A stretch of DNA of 64,000 bases from Candidatus Saccharimonadia bacterium (lineage in GTDB: Bacteria > Patescibacteriota > Saccharimonadia > Saccharimonadales > 2-12-FULL-41-12): the NCBI GenBank assembly GCA_963717365.1, contig OY970327.1:75599-139598 (forward strand). Reading direction: 5' to 3'. The notes beneath the pieces were generated by a model. That model was not told where the DNA came from, did no database searches, and saw only the letters and a list, made by a program, of their open reading frames with translations. Of this stretch, positions 28,906 to 38,211 are shown in pieces (position 1 is the stretch's first letter; every line of letters begins with the position of its first letter). The translations under genes and the position numbers were made by a program.

Positions 28906-30075
28906 ATGACATTGTCTAAACCCGCTCGCATTAATCTAATCATCATTCTGTTAATTGTGGTGGGAGCTGTGAGCGCAATATATGTTATTTTTAAAAAAGA
29001 AGCTGATAAAACGGAGATACCGAGTGTTTCGCAGCCAGTCCGGCTTCAAGGCGAGCCAACGATTGCAGCTGAGCAGGTAGTCGATAGACTTTCAAATATC
29101 TGGGATGTAGCTCAAGCGCCGGATAAAACGTTATTTTATACTGAAAGAGCTGGTCTGATAGGTGCTATTTTAGAAGGAAAGGCAATTACTATTCATGACA
29201 CCGAAGGTGTAGTTGCCCGCGGTGAGGGCGGTATGCTAGGAATGACACTAGACCCGGAATTTATCCAAAATCGCTATATGTACGTTTGCTTTAATACTTC
29301 AAGTGACATTCGTGTAGTACGTTTTACGGTGGCTACGGGCAATAACGCGTTAAGTGAGCGCAATGATATTGTCACCGGTATGCCGGTGAATCCATCAGGC
29401 CGACACAGCGGCTGCCGGCCAAAGTTTTCTCCAGACGGCTATCTATGGATAGGCACCGGCGATACGGCACGAAGTGGATTATCACAAAGCCCCACGAGCC
29501 TTGGAGGTAAAGTACTGCGCGTCGATCGTGATGGAAAAGGTGCGCCAAGCAACCAAGGAAATCCGTTTGATCCACGTATATTCAGCTATGGTCATCGCAA
29601 CGTACAAGGTCTGGCATTTTATAGTCAACCCCGCGACGGCGTCGTTGGTTATAGCATCGAGCATGGTTCAGATCGCGACGACGAGATTAATTTGCTTCAA
29701 ACCGGTAACTTTGGCTGGGATCCCGGTCCTGGATATGATGAAAGCGCAGCGATGACCGATCTAATCAAATTTCCCAATGCAGTTGGCGCTGTCTGGAGCA
29801 GCGGCAGACCCACCATCGCACCATCTGGGGGCGTAATTTTAGAGGGACCACAATGGAAAGACTGGGAAGGCCGCCTAATGATGGCGGTTCAGAAAGAAAA
29901 ACATGTCCGATTAATGGAATTTGATGAATTCGCTAAAACTATCACCAGCGAAAAAGAAATCTTGACCCAATTCGGCCGCATTCGCACTATAACCTTGGGT
30001 ACTGACGGCAGTGCGTACTTAACAACTGATAATGGCAACGGCCAAGATAAAATCATCAAAGTGACGCCGCAGTAA
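28906..30075 (+). CDS. PQQ-dependent sugar dehydrogenase-like beta-propeller protein, N-terminally anchored
   Basis: GMLGMTLDPEF, SYGHRNVQGLAF, and IEHGSDRDDEINLL, plus an N-terminal TM. Confidence 0.75.
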   Translation: MTLSKPARINLIIILLIVVGAVSAIYVIFKKEADKTEIPSVSQPVRLQGEPTIAAEQVVDRLSNIWDVAQAPDKTLFYTERAGLIGAILEGKAITIHDTEGVVARGEGGMLGMTLDPEFIQNRYMYVCFNTSSDIRVVRFTVATGNNALSERNDIVTGMPVNPSGRHSGCRPKFSPDGYLWIGTGDTARSGLSQSPTSLGGKVLRVDRDGKGAPSNQGNPFDPRIFSYGHRNVQGLAFYSQPRDGVVGYSIEHGSDRDDEINLLQTGNFGWDPGPGYDESAAMTDLIKFPNAVGAVWSSGRPTIAPSGGVILEGPQWKDWEGRLMMAVQKEKHVRLMEFDEFAKTITSEKEILTQFGRIRTITLGTDGSAYLTTDNGNGQDKIIKVTPQ

Positions 30076-30099
30076 TTCGTATCTGTTAGAATATCTAGA

Positions 30100-31983
30100 A
30101 TGACAGCGCATGAAATTAGACGAAAGTACATGGAGTTTTTTAAGGAACGTGGCCATACCCAAATTCCGCGAGCTTTATTGGTGCCGCAAGATGACCCTAC
30201 CACGCTCTTTACCGGCTCTGGCATGCAGCCGCTGATTCCATATTTGCTGGGTGAGACACATCAGGCCGGCACTCGTCTAGTTGACAGTCAAACATGCCTG
30301 AGAGTTCAGGATATTGAAGAAGTTGGCGATGATAGCCATACGACATTTTTTGAAATGCTTGGGAACTGGAGTCTTGGAGATTATTTTAAGCAAGAACAAA
30401 TCCAGCAGCTGAGCGAGTTTCTTTTTGATGTGGTTGGGATTGATCCGCAAAAAGTCTACGTGTCTTGTTATATTGGCCATAAGAGATTTAATATTGATCA
30501 AGATAATGAAACTGTCGATTTATGGAAAAAAGAATTTAAATCCCGCGGAGTCGATCCAAAAGTAATTTCTATCGGTAGTTCCAAGGACGGTGACAAAACG
30601 GGTATGCAGGGCGGCCGCATCTTTCTGTATGACGGTGATGAGAATTGGTGGAGCCGCGGTGGCAACGAAGAAAAAACACCGATGGGCGAGCCGTGCGGTC
30701 CTGACAGTGAAGTATTTTATGACTTTGGCGAAGAACTGCACGACGAATCTAAGTGGGGTAAATCCCATCCGGCCAACGATTCGCCACGCTTTATGGAAAT
30801 TGGCAATAGTGTTTTTATGTCATATCGTCGCATTGAGGATGGCGTTGAAGAATTGCCGAGCAAGAACATTGACTTTGGCGGCGGACTGGAAAGAATCGCC
30901 GCCGCCGCAATTAATAGCCATGATATGTATAAAATCAGTTTACTGTGGCCTATTATCGAGAAATTACAGGAACTAAGCGGTAAAAACTACGAGCAACAAA
31001 CCAATAGCATGCGCATTATTGCCGATCATCTGCGCGGCGCCACATTTTTAGCGGTCGACGGCGTAGTACCTTCAAACAAAGAGCAGGGTTACGTCATGCG
31101 CCGTCTGCTCCGCCGTGCCATTCGCTTTGCTTTTGAATTAGGCATTGAACAGAATTACTTTGAAAAAGTAGTACCAGTTATTGCCGACCTGTACCACGAA
31201 GATTATCCGGAAGTCGCACAGAATCGAAAGCGAATCATTGACGTACTAGTCCGCGAAGAACGTATTTTTCGCGACACACTGCGCAAAGGCCTGCACGAAT
31301 TCAGTAAACTTGCCAAAGACGGCAGCATTGGCGGCAAGGCAATCTTTATGCTGCAGGACACCTACGGTTTTCCGGTTGAACTGACACTGGAGGAGATTTA
31401 TAAGCAAGACGTAGACCTCGATGATACCTGGCGTACTGAGTTTGACGCCTTGTTAAAAGAACAGCGTCAGCGCAGCCAAACTGCCAGTAAAGGTGTATTT
31501 AAAGGCGGCCTGGCCGATCACGGGGGTGAAACAGTTAAGATGCATACTGCGACTCATCTAATGTATGAAGCTCTTCGCCAAGTACTCGGTGATCACGTTA
31601 TCCAGCGTGGATCTAACGTAACCGCCGAGCGAACCCGTTTTGACTTCAGCCATCCGGAAAAAGTAACCCGCCAGCAGCTTGACGCCGTAGAGCGAATTGT
31701 TAATGAGCAAATTAGTAAAGACCTAAAAGTTGAATGGAAAGAATATCCGACAGCCGAAGCCTTTAAAATGGGTGCCAAGGGCGCGTTTGGGGACAAGTAC
31801 GGTGATACCGTTAAGGTTTATGCCATGAGCGAAGCCAACCAACCAGCCTTTAGTATTGAAATCTGTGGCGGTCCACATGTTGAACATACCGGCGTATTAG
31901 CCGAAGGCGGCAAGCGTTTCAAAATTGCCAAAGAAGAAGCCTCCAGTGCCGGTATCCGTCGAGTAAAAGGTGTTTTGGTTTAG
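30100..31983 (+). CDS. alaS: Alanyl-tRNA synthetase, short form (627 aa)
   Basis: FTGSGMQPL, FEMLGNWSLGDYF, and the editing-domain motifs HTATHLM and CGGPHV. It ends after the editing domain, with no C-Ala or oligomerisation domain. Confidence 0.9.
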   Translation: MTAHEIRRKYMEFFKERGHTQIPRALLVPQDDPTTLFTGSGMQPLIPYLLGETHQAGTRLVDSQTCLRVQDIEEVGDDSHTTFFEMLGNWSLGDYFKQEQIQQLSEFLFDVVGIDPQKVYVSCYIGHKRFNIDQDNETVDLWKKEFKSRGVDPKVISIGSSKDGDKTGMQGGRIFLYDGDENWWSRGGNEEKTPMGEPCGPDSEVFYDFGEELHDESKWGKSHPANDSPRFMEIGNSVFMSYRRIEDGVEELPSKNIDFGGGLERIAAAAINSHDMYKISLLWPIIEKLQELSGKNYEQQTNSMRIIADHLRGATFLAVDGVVPSNKEQGYVMRRLLRRAIRFAFELGIEQNYFEKVVPVIADLYHEDYPEVAQNRKRIIDVLVREERIFRDTLRKGLHEFSKLAKDGSIGGKAIFMLQDTYGFPVELTLEEIYKQDVDLDDTWRTEFDALLKEQRQRSQTASKGVFKGGLADHGGETVKMHTATHLMYEALRQVLGDHVIQRGSNVTAERTRFDFSHPEKVTRQQLDAVERIVNEQISKDLKVEWKEYPTAEAFKMGAKGAFGDKYGDTVKVYAMSEANQPAFSIEICGGPHVEHTGVLAEGGKRFKIAKEEASSAGIRRVKGVLV

Positions 31984-32119
31984 TTTTCACGGACTTTATC
32001 TACTTATTTTTAAAACTACACACTATTGAACATTTATCACTATAAGCTTTCTCTCGTATAGCATTAATGAACCAAAATCATTAGCTGCGCCCAACACCGT
32101 GGTATACTAGACACCAGTT

Positions 32120-33418
32120 ATGCTTAGTAAAATCAAAAGTGTCGGCAACCAGTTGGCTGCTAAACGTAAGGCCGCTGCTAGCGGCCCGGAACAGTATGTA
32201 GTGGCACTTGATGTTGGTACTGAGTTTGTTAAAGCCCTGGTTGCCAAAGTTGATGGCTCTTCAATTGAGATTGTCGGCGTAGGCAGAGCACATCAAAGCT
32301 TATCCGACATGCAAGCTGGTGCCATCGCCGATATTGGCGGTGTAGTCCAGAACTGTAATGACGCGCTAGCTAAGGCTGAAGAAATGGCCGGCGTCAGTGC
32401 CCGCACCGCTGTGCTCGGTATCGCCGGAGAACTAGTTAAAGGTACTACAACAACCGTTCCTTGTCGTCGTAAGGATCCCGAACTTGAAATTGATATTGAG
32501 GAAATGGAACAGATTATCGCGTTAACCCAAGAACGTGCCAGTGCCCAGGCTAAGGAAAATTTAGCTCTAGAACTAGGTAATAATCAGCTAGATGTCAGAC
32601 TAGTTAACAGCGCGTTAGTTGGAATTACAATTGACGGTTACCAAGTTACTAATCCGATTGGCTTCAAGGGAAGAGATATGAGTATCCAGCTCTACACTGC
32701 CTTTGCGCCTATGATTCATATTGCCGCTTTAGAGCGTACGGCTAAAGAACTCGACCTCGATTTACTAGCGGTAGCCGCAGAACCATTTGCAGTAGCCCGC
32801 TCTGTTATAGGTGATAATCCTAATGCGACTATGAGCGCGGTGCTCATGGACGTAGGTGGTGGTACCACCGATATTGCCGTAGTCAATGATGGTGGTGTGC
32901 AAGGAACCAAAATGTTTGGCATTGGCGGCCGGGCATTTACCCGCTCCATAGAGCGTGACTTAGGTACCGACTTTGAACATGCTGAAAAGATGAAATTGAG
33001 CATTGCCGAAAATACCCTACCGCCGAAACAACATGATGCCGTTACCAAAGCTTTAGATAAAACTTGTGACGTATGGGTGGCCGGCGTAGAACTAGCTTTG
33101 AGCGAATTTACCGAACTTGATCACATTCCACACCGTATTTTGCTTTGCGGTGGCGGCGCAAGTCTTGAGAATGTAACCCGTTCCTTGGAAGAAACTAACT
33201 GGTATAGTGATGTGCCGTTTACACGCAAGCCAACTATTGCATTTATAACCCCCGACCAGGTAGTGGGAATAAAAGATAACACCGGCGAAGTTAATGACCA
33301 TACTTACGTTACCGCCATGGGCTTATTGCGCGTGGGCGCGGACACCTTCCAACAGCAAAGTGATGTAGATACGGGTGGAACAATACGTGAAAAGTTTGAT
33401 AGGATGTTACGAGTATGA
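32120..33418 (+). CDS. ftsA: Cell division protein FtsA-like actin-fold ATPase
   Basis: Phosphate-1 motif VVALDVGTEFVKA and phosphate-2 motif MDVGGGTTDIAV, with an AEKMKL motif. Confidence 0.75.
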   Translation: MLSKIKSVGNQLAAKRKAAASGPEQYVVALDVGTEFVKALVAKVDGSSIEIVGVGRAHQSLSDMQAGAIADIGGVVQNCNDALAKAEEMAGVSARTAVLGIAGELVKGTTTTVPCRRKDPELEIDIEEMEQIIALTQERASAQAKENLALELGNNQLDVRLVNSALVGITIDGYQVTNPIGFKGRDMSIQLYTAFAPMIHIAALERTAKELDLDLLAVAAEPFAVARSVIGDNPNATMSAVLMDVGGGTTDIAVVNDGGVQGTKMFGIGGRAFTRSIERDLGTDFEHAEKMKLSIAENTLPPKQHDAVTKALDKTCDVWVAGVELALSEFTELDHIPHRILLCGGGASLENVTRSLEETNWYSDVPFTRKPTIAFITPDQVVGIKDNTGEVNDHTYVTAMGLLRVGADTFQQQSDVDTGGTIREKFDRMLRV

Positions 33419-35094
33419 GCGCGCAGCCAAGTCCTGCTAAAAAAACAATCTATGTTGATGTCGATGATGAAATCACCGGCATTATTGATAAAGTTCTAAC
33501 GTCAAAAGAGTCAATTGTAGCGTTGGTATTACCTAAACGGGCCACCATGCTGCAATCCATAGTAAATATGAAACTGCTCAAGCGTGCAGCAGTTCAAAAT
33601 GATAAAAATGTCGTTCTGATTACTTCAGAGTCAACTTTGATGCCCTTAGCTGGCGCTGCCAGCCTGCATGTGGCCGCTAACCTGCAGTCGCGACCTTATC
33701 TTCCAGCGGCGCCCGGCCCCCCTCGCGCAGCACAATTGCCGGCTGATGATGCTGATGATGCTCCTATTGACCCTGCTACGCCAATTGGTAGCCTGATTGA
33801 TCCTAAGGAAACTGCATCAGACCCTATCGAAATTGATAACCGCCCTAAAACACCTGAAACCGCAGCAGCAACGGCAGCAGTAGGAAACGCTGCTAAGGCA
33901 GCTAAGAAAGATAAAAATAAGAAGGTCCCTAACTTTAATAAGTTTAGAACACTACTATTGGCTGGCGTTGCCGCGTTTATACTGTTAATTGGCGGCGGGT
34001 ATTGGGCTTTGGCAGCGGCGCCAAAAGCCACGGTAACGCTCAGAACAGAAAGCAGCGAGAATTTGGCTGAAGCTAAGTTTACCGCTGACACCGAAGCCCA
34101 GGAAATTAATCTCGAAGAAGCAGTTCTGCCGGCTGAACAGAGAGAACTTAAAAAAACAGAGTCAGAAAAAGTTCCTGCAACCGGCGAAAAAGACAACGGC
34201 ACTAAAGCTAGTGGCAGTGTGAAAATGCGTAATTGTAGCGATAACGCCGTGACCATTCCTGCCGGTACTGGGGTAAGTAATGGGGACTTAACATTCATTA
34301 CCCAAGCCGGTGCGCAGCTTGACAGTACAATTGTAAAGAAAAACGGTGTTACTCAGTGTCAGAGTGAGGAAAAAAGTGTCAATGTTATTGCCCAGCAAAA
34401 TGGAGATAAATATAACCTAAGCCCACGGACTTACGTTGTTGCCGGTTTCGCAGGAGTAATTACCCAGGGCGACCAAATGAGCGGTGGTACCAGTAAAATA
34501 GCAAAAGTCGTTTCAGCTGCCGATGTAGAAACTGCTAAAAAGAAGATATCTGATAAGCAAAACGCTTCTGTCGAAGAAATAAAGAACGAGCTAAAAAGCG
34601 ATGGATATATAGGCTTGGTCGATACGTTTAGTACGGGTACCCCTAATCTAAGTGCGGCACCAGCTGTCGGGGTAGAGTCAGCCGATGTTACGGTATCCGG
34701 CGAAGTCACCTATACTATGCTTGGCGTTAAAGAAGTTGACCTTAAGAAAATTATCGAAGAACAGTCCAAAGATACGGTCGATACTTCTAAACAAGCAATT
34801 CTTAACTATGGTTTTGATGATGCTACGTATGAAATAGGCACAAAAAGACGCAGCACTACCGACATAACTATCAAGACTACTTTGTTGGCCGGTCCAGAGG
34901 TTAATCAGGATCAACTCAAAAAAGAATTTGCAGGTAAAAAACGCGGAGACGTTGAGTCGCAACTCAAGAGCCGGCCCGGCATTACAGAAGCCAGAGTAGA
35001 TTTTAAACCGTTCTGGGTATCCAAAGTTCCAAAAAATCCTTCAAAAATAACTTTTATTATTGAACAGGCTGATGGCAAGCGAATCACCCCGTAG
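33415..35094 (+). CDS. Bitopic membrane protein (cytoplasmic N-domain, Pro/Ala linker, TM, large external domain with baseplate-J-like stretch)
   Basis: ATGA overlap with the ftsA stop. TM is LLLAGVAAFILLIGGGYWALAA. The external stretch GSVKMRNCSDNAVTIPAGTGVSNGDLTFITQAG resembles the baseplate J pattern, with low certainty. Confidence 0.55.
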   Translation: MSAQPSPAKKTIYVDVDDEITGIIDKVLTSKESIVALVLPKRATMLQSIVNMKLLKRAAVQNDKNVVLITSESTLMPLAGAASLHVAANLQSRPYLPAAPGPPRAAQLPADDADDAPIDPATPIGSLIDPKETASDPIEIDNRPKTPETAAATAAVGNAAKAAKKDKNKKVPNFNKFRTLLLAGVAAFILLIGGGYWALAAAPKATVTLRTESSENLAEAKFTADTEAQEINLEEAVLPAEQRELKKTESEKVPATGEKDNGTKASGSVKMRNCSDNAVTIPAGTGVSNGDLTFITQAGAQLDSTIVKKNGVTQCQSEEKSVNVIAQQNGDKYNLSPRTYVVAGFAGVITQGDQMSGGTSKIAKVVSAADVETAKKKISDKQNASVEEIKNELKSDGYIGLVDTFSTGTPNLSAAPAVGVESADVTVSGEVTYTMLGVKEVDLKKIIEEQSKDTVDTSKQAILNYGFDDATYEIGTKRRSTTDITIKTTLLAGPEVNQDQLKKEFAGKKRGDVESQLKSRPGITEARVDFKPFWVSKVPKNPSKITFIIEQADGKRITP

Positions 35095-35515
35095 TGGCTA
35101 TATCTTAGGGCTTGACGTGGGCGAAAAGCGGATTGGAGTAGCGCTGGCAAGTACTATTGCTCGACTGCCACAACCCTCTGACATGATTTTTGCTGGCGAA
35201 AAAGCTATGCAACTGATCTTGGATCGCATAAACAACGAAGACGTAATATTGGTAGTAATTGGCATGCCCCGTAATATGGAAGGTCAGGAAACTGCTCAGA
35301 GTGCTGTAATTCGCAATTTTGCCACCGAACTGAGTACGCTTATCACTGTGCCAATTGCGTTTGCCGATGAAACACTCAGTTCAATTAGAGCCGATGATCT
35401 AACAAAGCACACTACTTTTAAGAATGTCAGCAGCGATTCTTTGGCGGCATGCTTTATACTAGAAGAATATTTGGCAACTAGCGACGGTACATATACAGGA
35501 GTTACGTTTAAATGA
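35072..35515 (+). CDS. ruvX: Holliday-junction resolvase-like nuclease YqgF/RuvX
   Basis: ILGLDVGEKRIGVALAS and VIGMPRNMEGQE. The ORF-track start at 35060 is a TTG. The ATG at 35072 is used instead. Confidence 0.8.
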   Translation: MASESPRSGYILGLDVGEKRIGVALASTIARLPQPSDMIFAGEKAMQLILDRINNEDVILVVIGMPRNMEGQETAQSAVIRNFATELSTLITVPIAFADETLSSIRADDLTKHTTFKNVSSDSLAACFILEEYLATSDGTYTGVTFK

Positions 35516-36537
35516 GATTTGGAAAAGAAAGGGCAGCCAGAAGAATATCTTTTATGAGAAAAATTATTTTCATTATCGTTACTATATTAGTTTTGCTGTT
35601 AGTAGCGGCAGTTATGTTTATCCGTAAATCGTATGCCGACAACTTAAAGCCGGTCAGCAGTGACCCAACGGCATATGTCATTACTGTCGAGCCGGGTAGC
35701 ACTTCCGCGATGATTGCCGATACGCTCTATTCCAAAGAATTAATTCGCAGTGACTGGGCATTTGAATGGTATGTACGCAACAACCAGCTTCGAGATGAAC
35801 TTAAGGCGGGAACGTATGTGCTTCAGCAGAATCAATCGGTCGAAGAAATCGTAGACATTATTGTTAAAGGCAAAATTGCCAGTGATTTAATCACCATTTT
35901 ACCTGGCCAACGTCTTGATCAGGTCCGAGCTGCACTTATTGCCGGCGGTTTCACGGAATCAGACGTCGATGCTGCACTAGAGCCAAGCCAGTACGCCGAT
36001 CATCCGGCACTCACTGATAAACCTGAATCTGCCAGCTTGGAAGGCTATTTGTATCCGGAAAGTTTCCAAAAAGTTGCCGAAACAACCGCTGCTGACGTGA
36101 TTCGCTTATCGCTTGATGAAATGGAGACTCAATTGACCCCCGATGTTCGCCAGGCAATATCAAAACAGGCACTTACCTTGCATCAGGGCATTATTCTAGC
36201 CTCTATAGTGGAGCGTGAGGTAAGTTCACCTGAAGATCGCGCTCAAGTCGCTCAAGTATTTAAGAAACGCTTAAGCAGCCAGATGCGGCTTGAGTCAAAT
36301 GCCACTGATGATTATACGCAGCTTAATCCTTCCTATAACACCTACACTATTCCTGGATTACCACCAGGACCAATCAGTAACTTCACCGGAAGTGCCATCG
36401 AGGCAGTTGCTTTCCCAGCTCAGACTGATTGGCTATATTTTGTCTCCGGCGACGATAAAAAGACGTATTTCTCCAAAACATTGTCAGAACACGAAGAACT
36501 GGTAAAAAAACATTGTACAAAAGCCTGTGGAGGATAA
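35512..36537 (+). CDS. mltG: Endolytic murein transglycosylase (YceG-like)
   Basis: N-terminal TM, ILASIVEREV, and YNTYTIPGLPPGPISN. Confidence 0.85.
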   Translation: MRFGKERAARRISFMRKIIFIIVTILVLLLVAAVMFIRKSYADNLKPVSSDPTAYVITVEPGSTSAMIADTLYSKELIRSDWAFEWYVRNNQLRDELKAGTYVLQQNQSVEEIVDIIVKGKIASDLITILPGQRLDQVRAALIAGGFTESDVDAALEPSQYADHPALTDKPESASLEGYLYPESFQKVAETTAADVIRLSLDEMETQLTPDVRQAISKQALTLHQGIILASIVEREVSSPEDRAQVAQVFKKRLSSQMRLESNATDDYTQLNPSYNTYTIPGLPPGPISNFTGSAIEAVAFPAQTDWLYFVSGDDKKTYFSKTLSEHEELVKKHCTKACGG

Positions 36538-36569
36538 TTTACTCACAGGGGTGAGAATGTAAAAAATAC

Positions 36570-36598
36570 TTGCGTTTTGTAAGATTTTTTGCTAAGAT
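36570..36598 (+). promoter_or_regulatory. Candidate promoter giving a ~270-nt leader for the LysM-CHAP hydrolase gene
   Basis: TTGCGT, 17 nt spacer, TAAGAT. Confidence 0.35.
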
Positions 36599-36876
36599 GC
36601 TTGTTAGCAGTACTGTAAAACGAAAAGATTATTTTAACCAAAACATCCTATCGTTTATTCAATACTGTCTCTAATACGCTCATAAGTAAGTAACTATTAC
36701 GCGGAATGCTTAACCAAAAATTCCGTCAATATCAATTAATGTAGAACGTATTATGATTTGGCACCACCCCAAAAGATGATCTTTTAACATCTGGTGCCGG
36801 GAGAACGAATATTCGTAGCCAAAGTTTAATCGCAGGTGCACATTCCAAACCTCGCACTGCTAAAAAAGCCACTACC

Positions 36877-37980
36877 ATGTCGCTCCGACGGTCATTTCGT
36901 CGTCTCAACAAGAAATCTAAAAAACGGTTAGTTCGTTTATCTATCGTTACCGCTAATCTCGCTTTAATCGCGACGGTTGCCGTGGCGATTATTCAGGTTC
37001 CTTCAGACGCGTCAAATAACAATAGCCGCAAATCTGCCCAGTCTTTGTTGGCTAGCAACCATGCATCCGATACTAAACCCCTTGATACGCTTGCTTCTAC
37101 AGATGTGGCTGTTCATATTTCGCGCTTAGTTCAACTTGAGGAAGCTACCGCAGTAACAAACAAAGCCGATACCGCCAGTGCAGAGCTTGCTATCACTTCT
37201 GCCGATGATCAAGTTTTATCGAAGCCTCAAATCGTATCAACTGCCCTTAAGTCCAAGAAGGATATTAAGATACATGTAACCTCCGAAGGCGAAACAGTTA
37301 GTTCGGTGGCAGCTAAATTTGGCGTCAGCCCTGATACTATTCGTTTCTCAAATAGTATTAGTGGTGAAGCCATCCCTGCTGGCAAGCAGCTGACTATTAG
37401 TCCGGTCAATGGCATTACATATGTAGTCAAAGCTGGTGACACACCCGACGCGCTGGCAGCTAAATATAATGTTCCAAAAGCTCAATTAGTTGCTTTCAAC
37501 GACGCTGAAATCAAAGGTACTTTTAAAGAAGGCGAAGTAATTGTTATTCCAGACGCAATTCAGCCTGCCGCTGTTCGCACTGCTTCATACGGTATTCGTA
37601 CTCCTGGCGGAGAAGCTGCTGGTTTCTCCTTTGGTGGTGCTGCCTTGTACGGTGGAAATGGCTACGATTATGGCTGGTGCACTTGGCATGCGGCTAACCG
37701 ACGTATCCAGAACGGTAATCCGCTACCTACTAATTTAGGCAATGCTAGTTCATGGCTCAGCTTATCCAAAAAGGCTGGCCTGAATACTGGTGGCCAGCCA
37801 AAAGCCGGTGCTGTTGTCTACCATAAGAATATTGGCGGCTTGGGCCACGTAGCCTATGTTGAAAAAATTAACGACGACGGCTCGGCTATGGTGTCTGACA
37901 TGAACTATCCAACTTGGGGCCGGGTTACGTACCGGACAGTAACTCCCGCTGAATTTAGCAATTACGCCTTCATTTACTAA
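36877..37980 (+). CDS. Peptidoglycan hydrolase with two LysM domains and a C-terminal CHAP domain
   Basis: LysM repeats (HVTSEGETVSSVAAKFGVSPDTIRFSN; YVVKAGDTPDALAAKYNVPKAQLVAFN). CHAP motifs are GWCTWHAANRR and GHVAYVEKINDDGSAMVSDMNY. Confidence 0.8.
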   Translation: MSLRRSFRRLNKKSKKRLVRLSIVTANLALIATVAVAIIQVPSDASNNNSRKSAQSLLASNHASDTKPLDTLASTDVAVHISRLVQLEEATAVTNKADTASAELAITSADDQVLSKPQIVSTALKSKKDIKIHVTSEGETVSSVAAKFGVSPDTIRFSNSISGEAIPAGKQLTISPVNGITYVVKAGDTPDALAAKYNVPKAQLVAFNDAEIKGTFKEGEVIVIPDAIQPAAVRTASYGIRTPGGEAAGFSFGGAALYGGNGYDYGWCTWHAANRRIQNGNPLPTNLGNASSWLSLSKKAGLNTGGQPKAGAVVYHKNIGGLGHVAYVEKINDDGSAMVSDMNYPTWGRVTYRTVTPAEFSNYAFIY

Positions 37981-38110
37981 GGTAATGATACAAGCCTGAC
38001 GGTTTTTCTCATCGCTCTTTGCTGCTCTTTTTCCCTTAAGCGGACTCAATAATCACGAAGTAAATTCGTAATTATCTCGAAATTTTATACTACCGCAATG
38101 ACTTGTTGGG

Positions 38111-38157
38111 GATATACTTTGGCTTCATGAAATATTCATGAAGTACAGATATAGTAC
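38111..38157. repeat. Possible third, degenerate copy of the palindromic element
   Basis: Perfect CTTCATGAA-ATA-TTCATGAAG inverted repeat (38123..38143), followed by GTACAGATATAGTAC. That arm resembles the outer arm of copies A and B (CAGATATAGTACT). Confidence 0.4.
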
Positions 38158-38211
38158 ATAAAACCTATGTCTGCTGGTACTATCACCGTAATTTCTATAT
38201 CCTAGGTATAT

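Noticed and set aside
33696-34298. 200-aa minus-strand ORF
   Set aside because: It is antisense to the Pro/Ala-rich linker and TM region of the 559-aa gene. The open frame is a compositional artefact.
36540-36876. A known riboswitch class (e.g. cyclic-di-AMP/ydaO) or an SRP/6S-type RNA in the long intergenic region
   Set aside because: I could not recognise the conserved core sequences of these RNAs by eye. The region is kept only as an unclassified structured leader in the findings.
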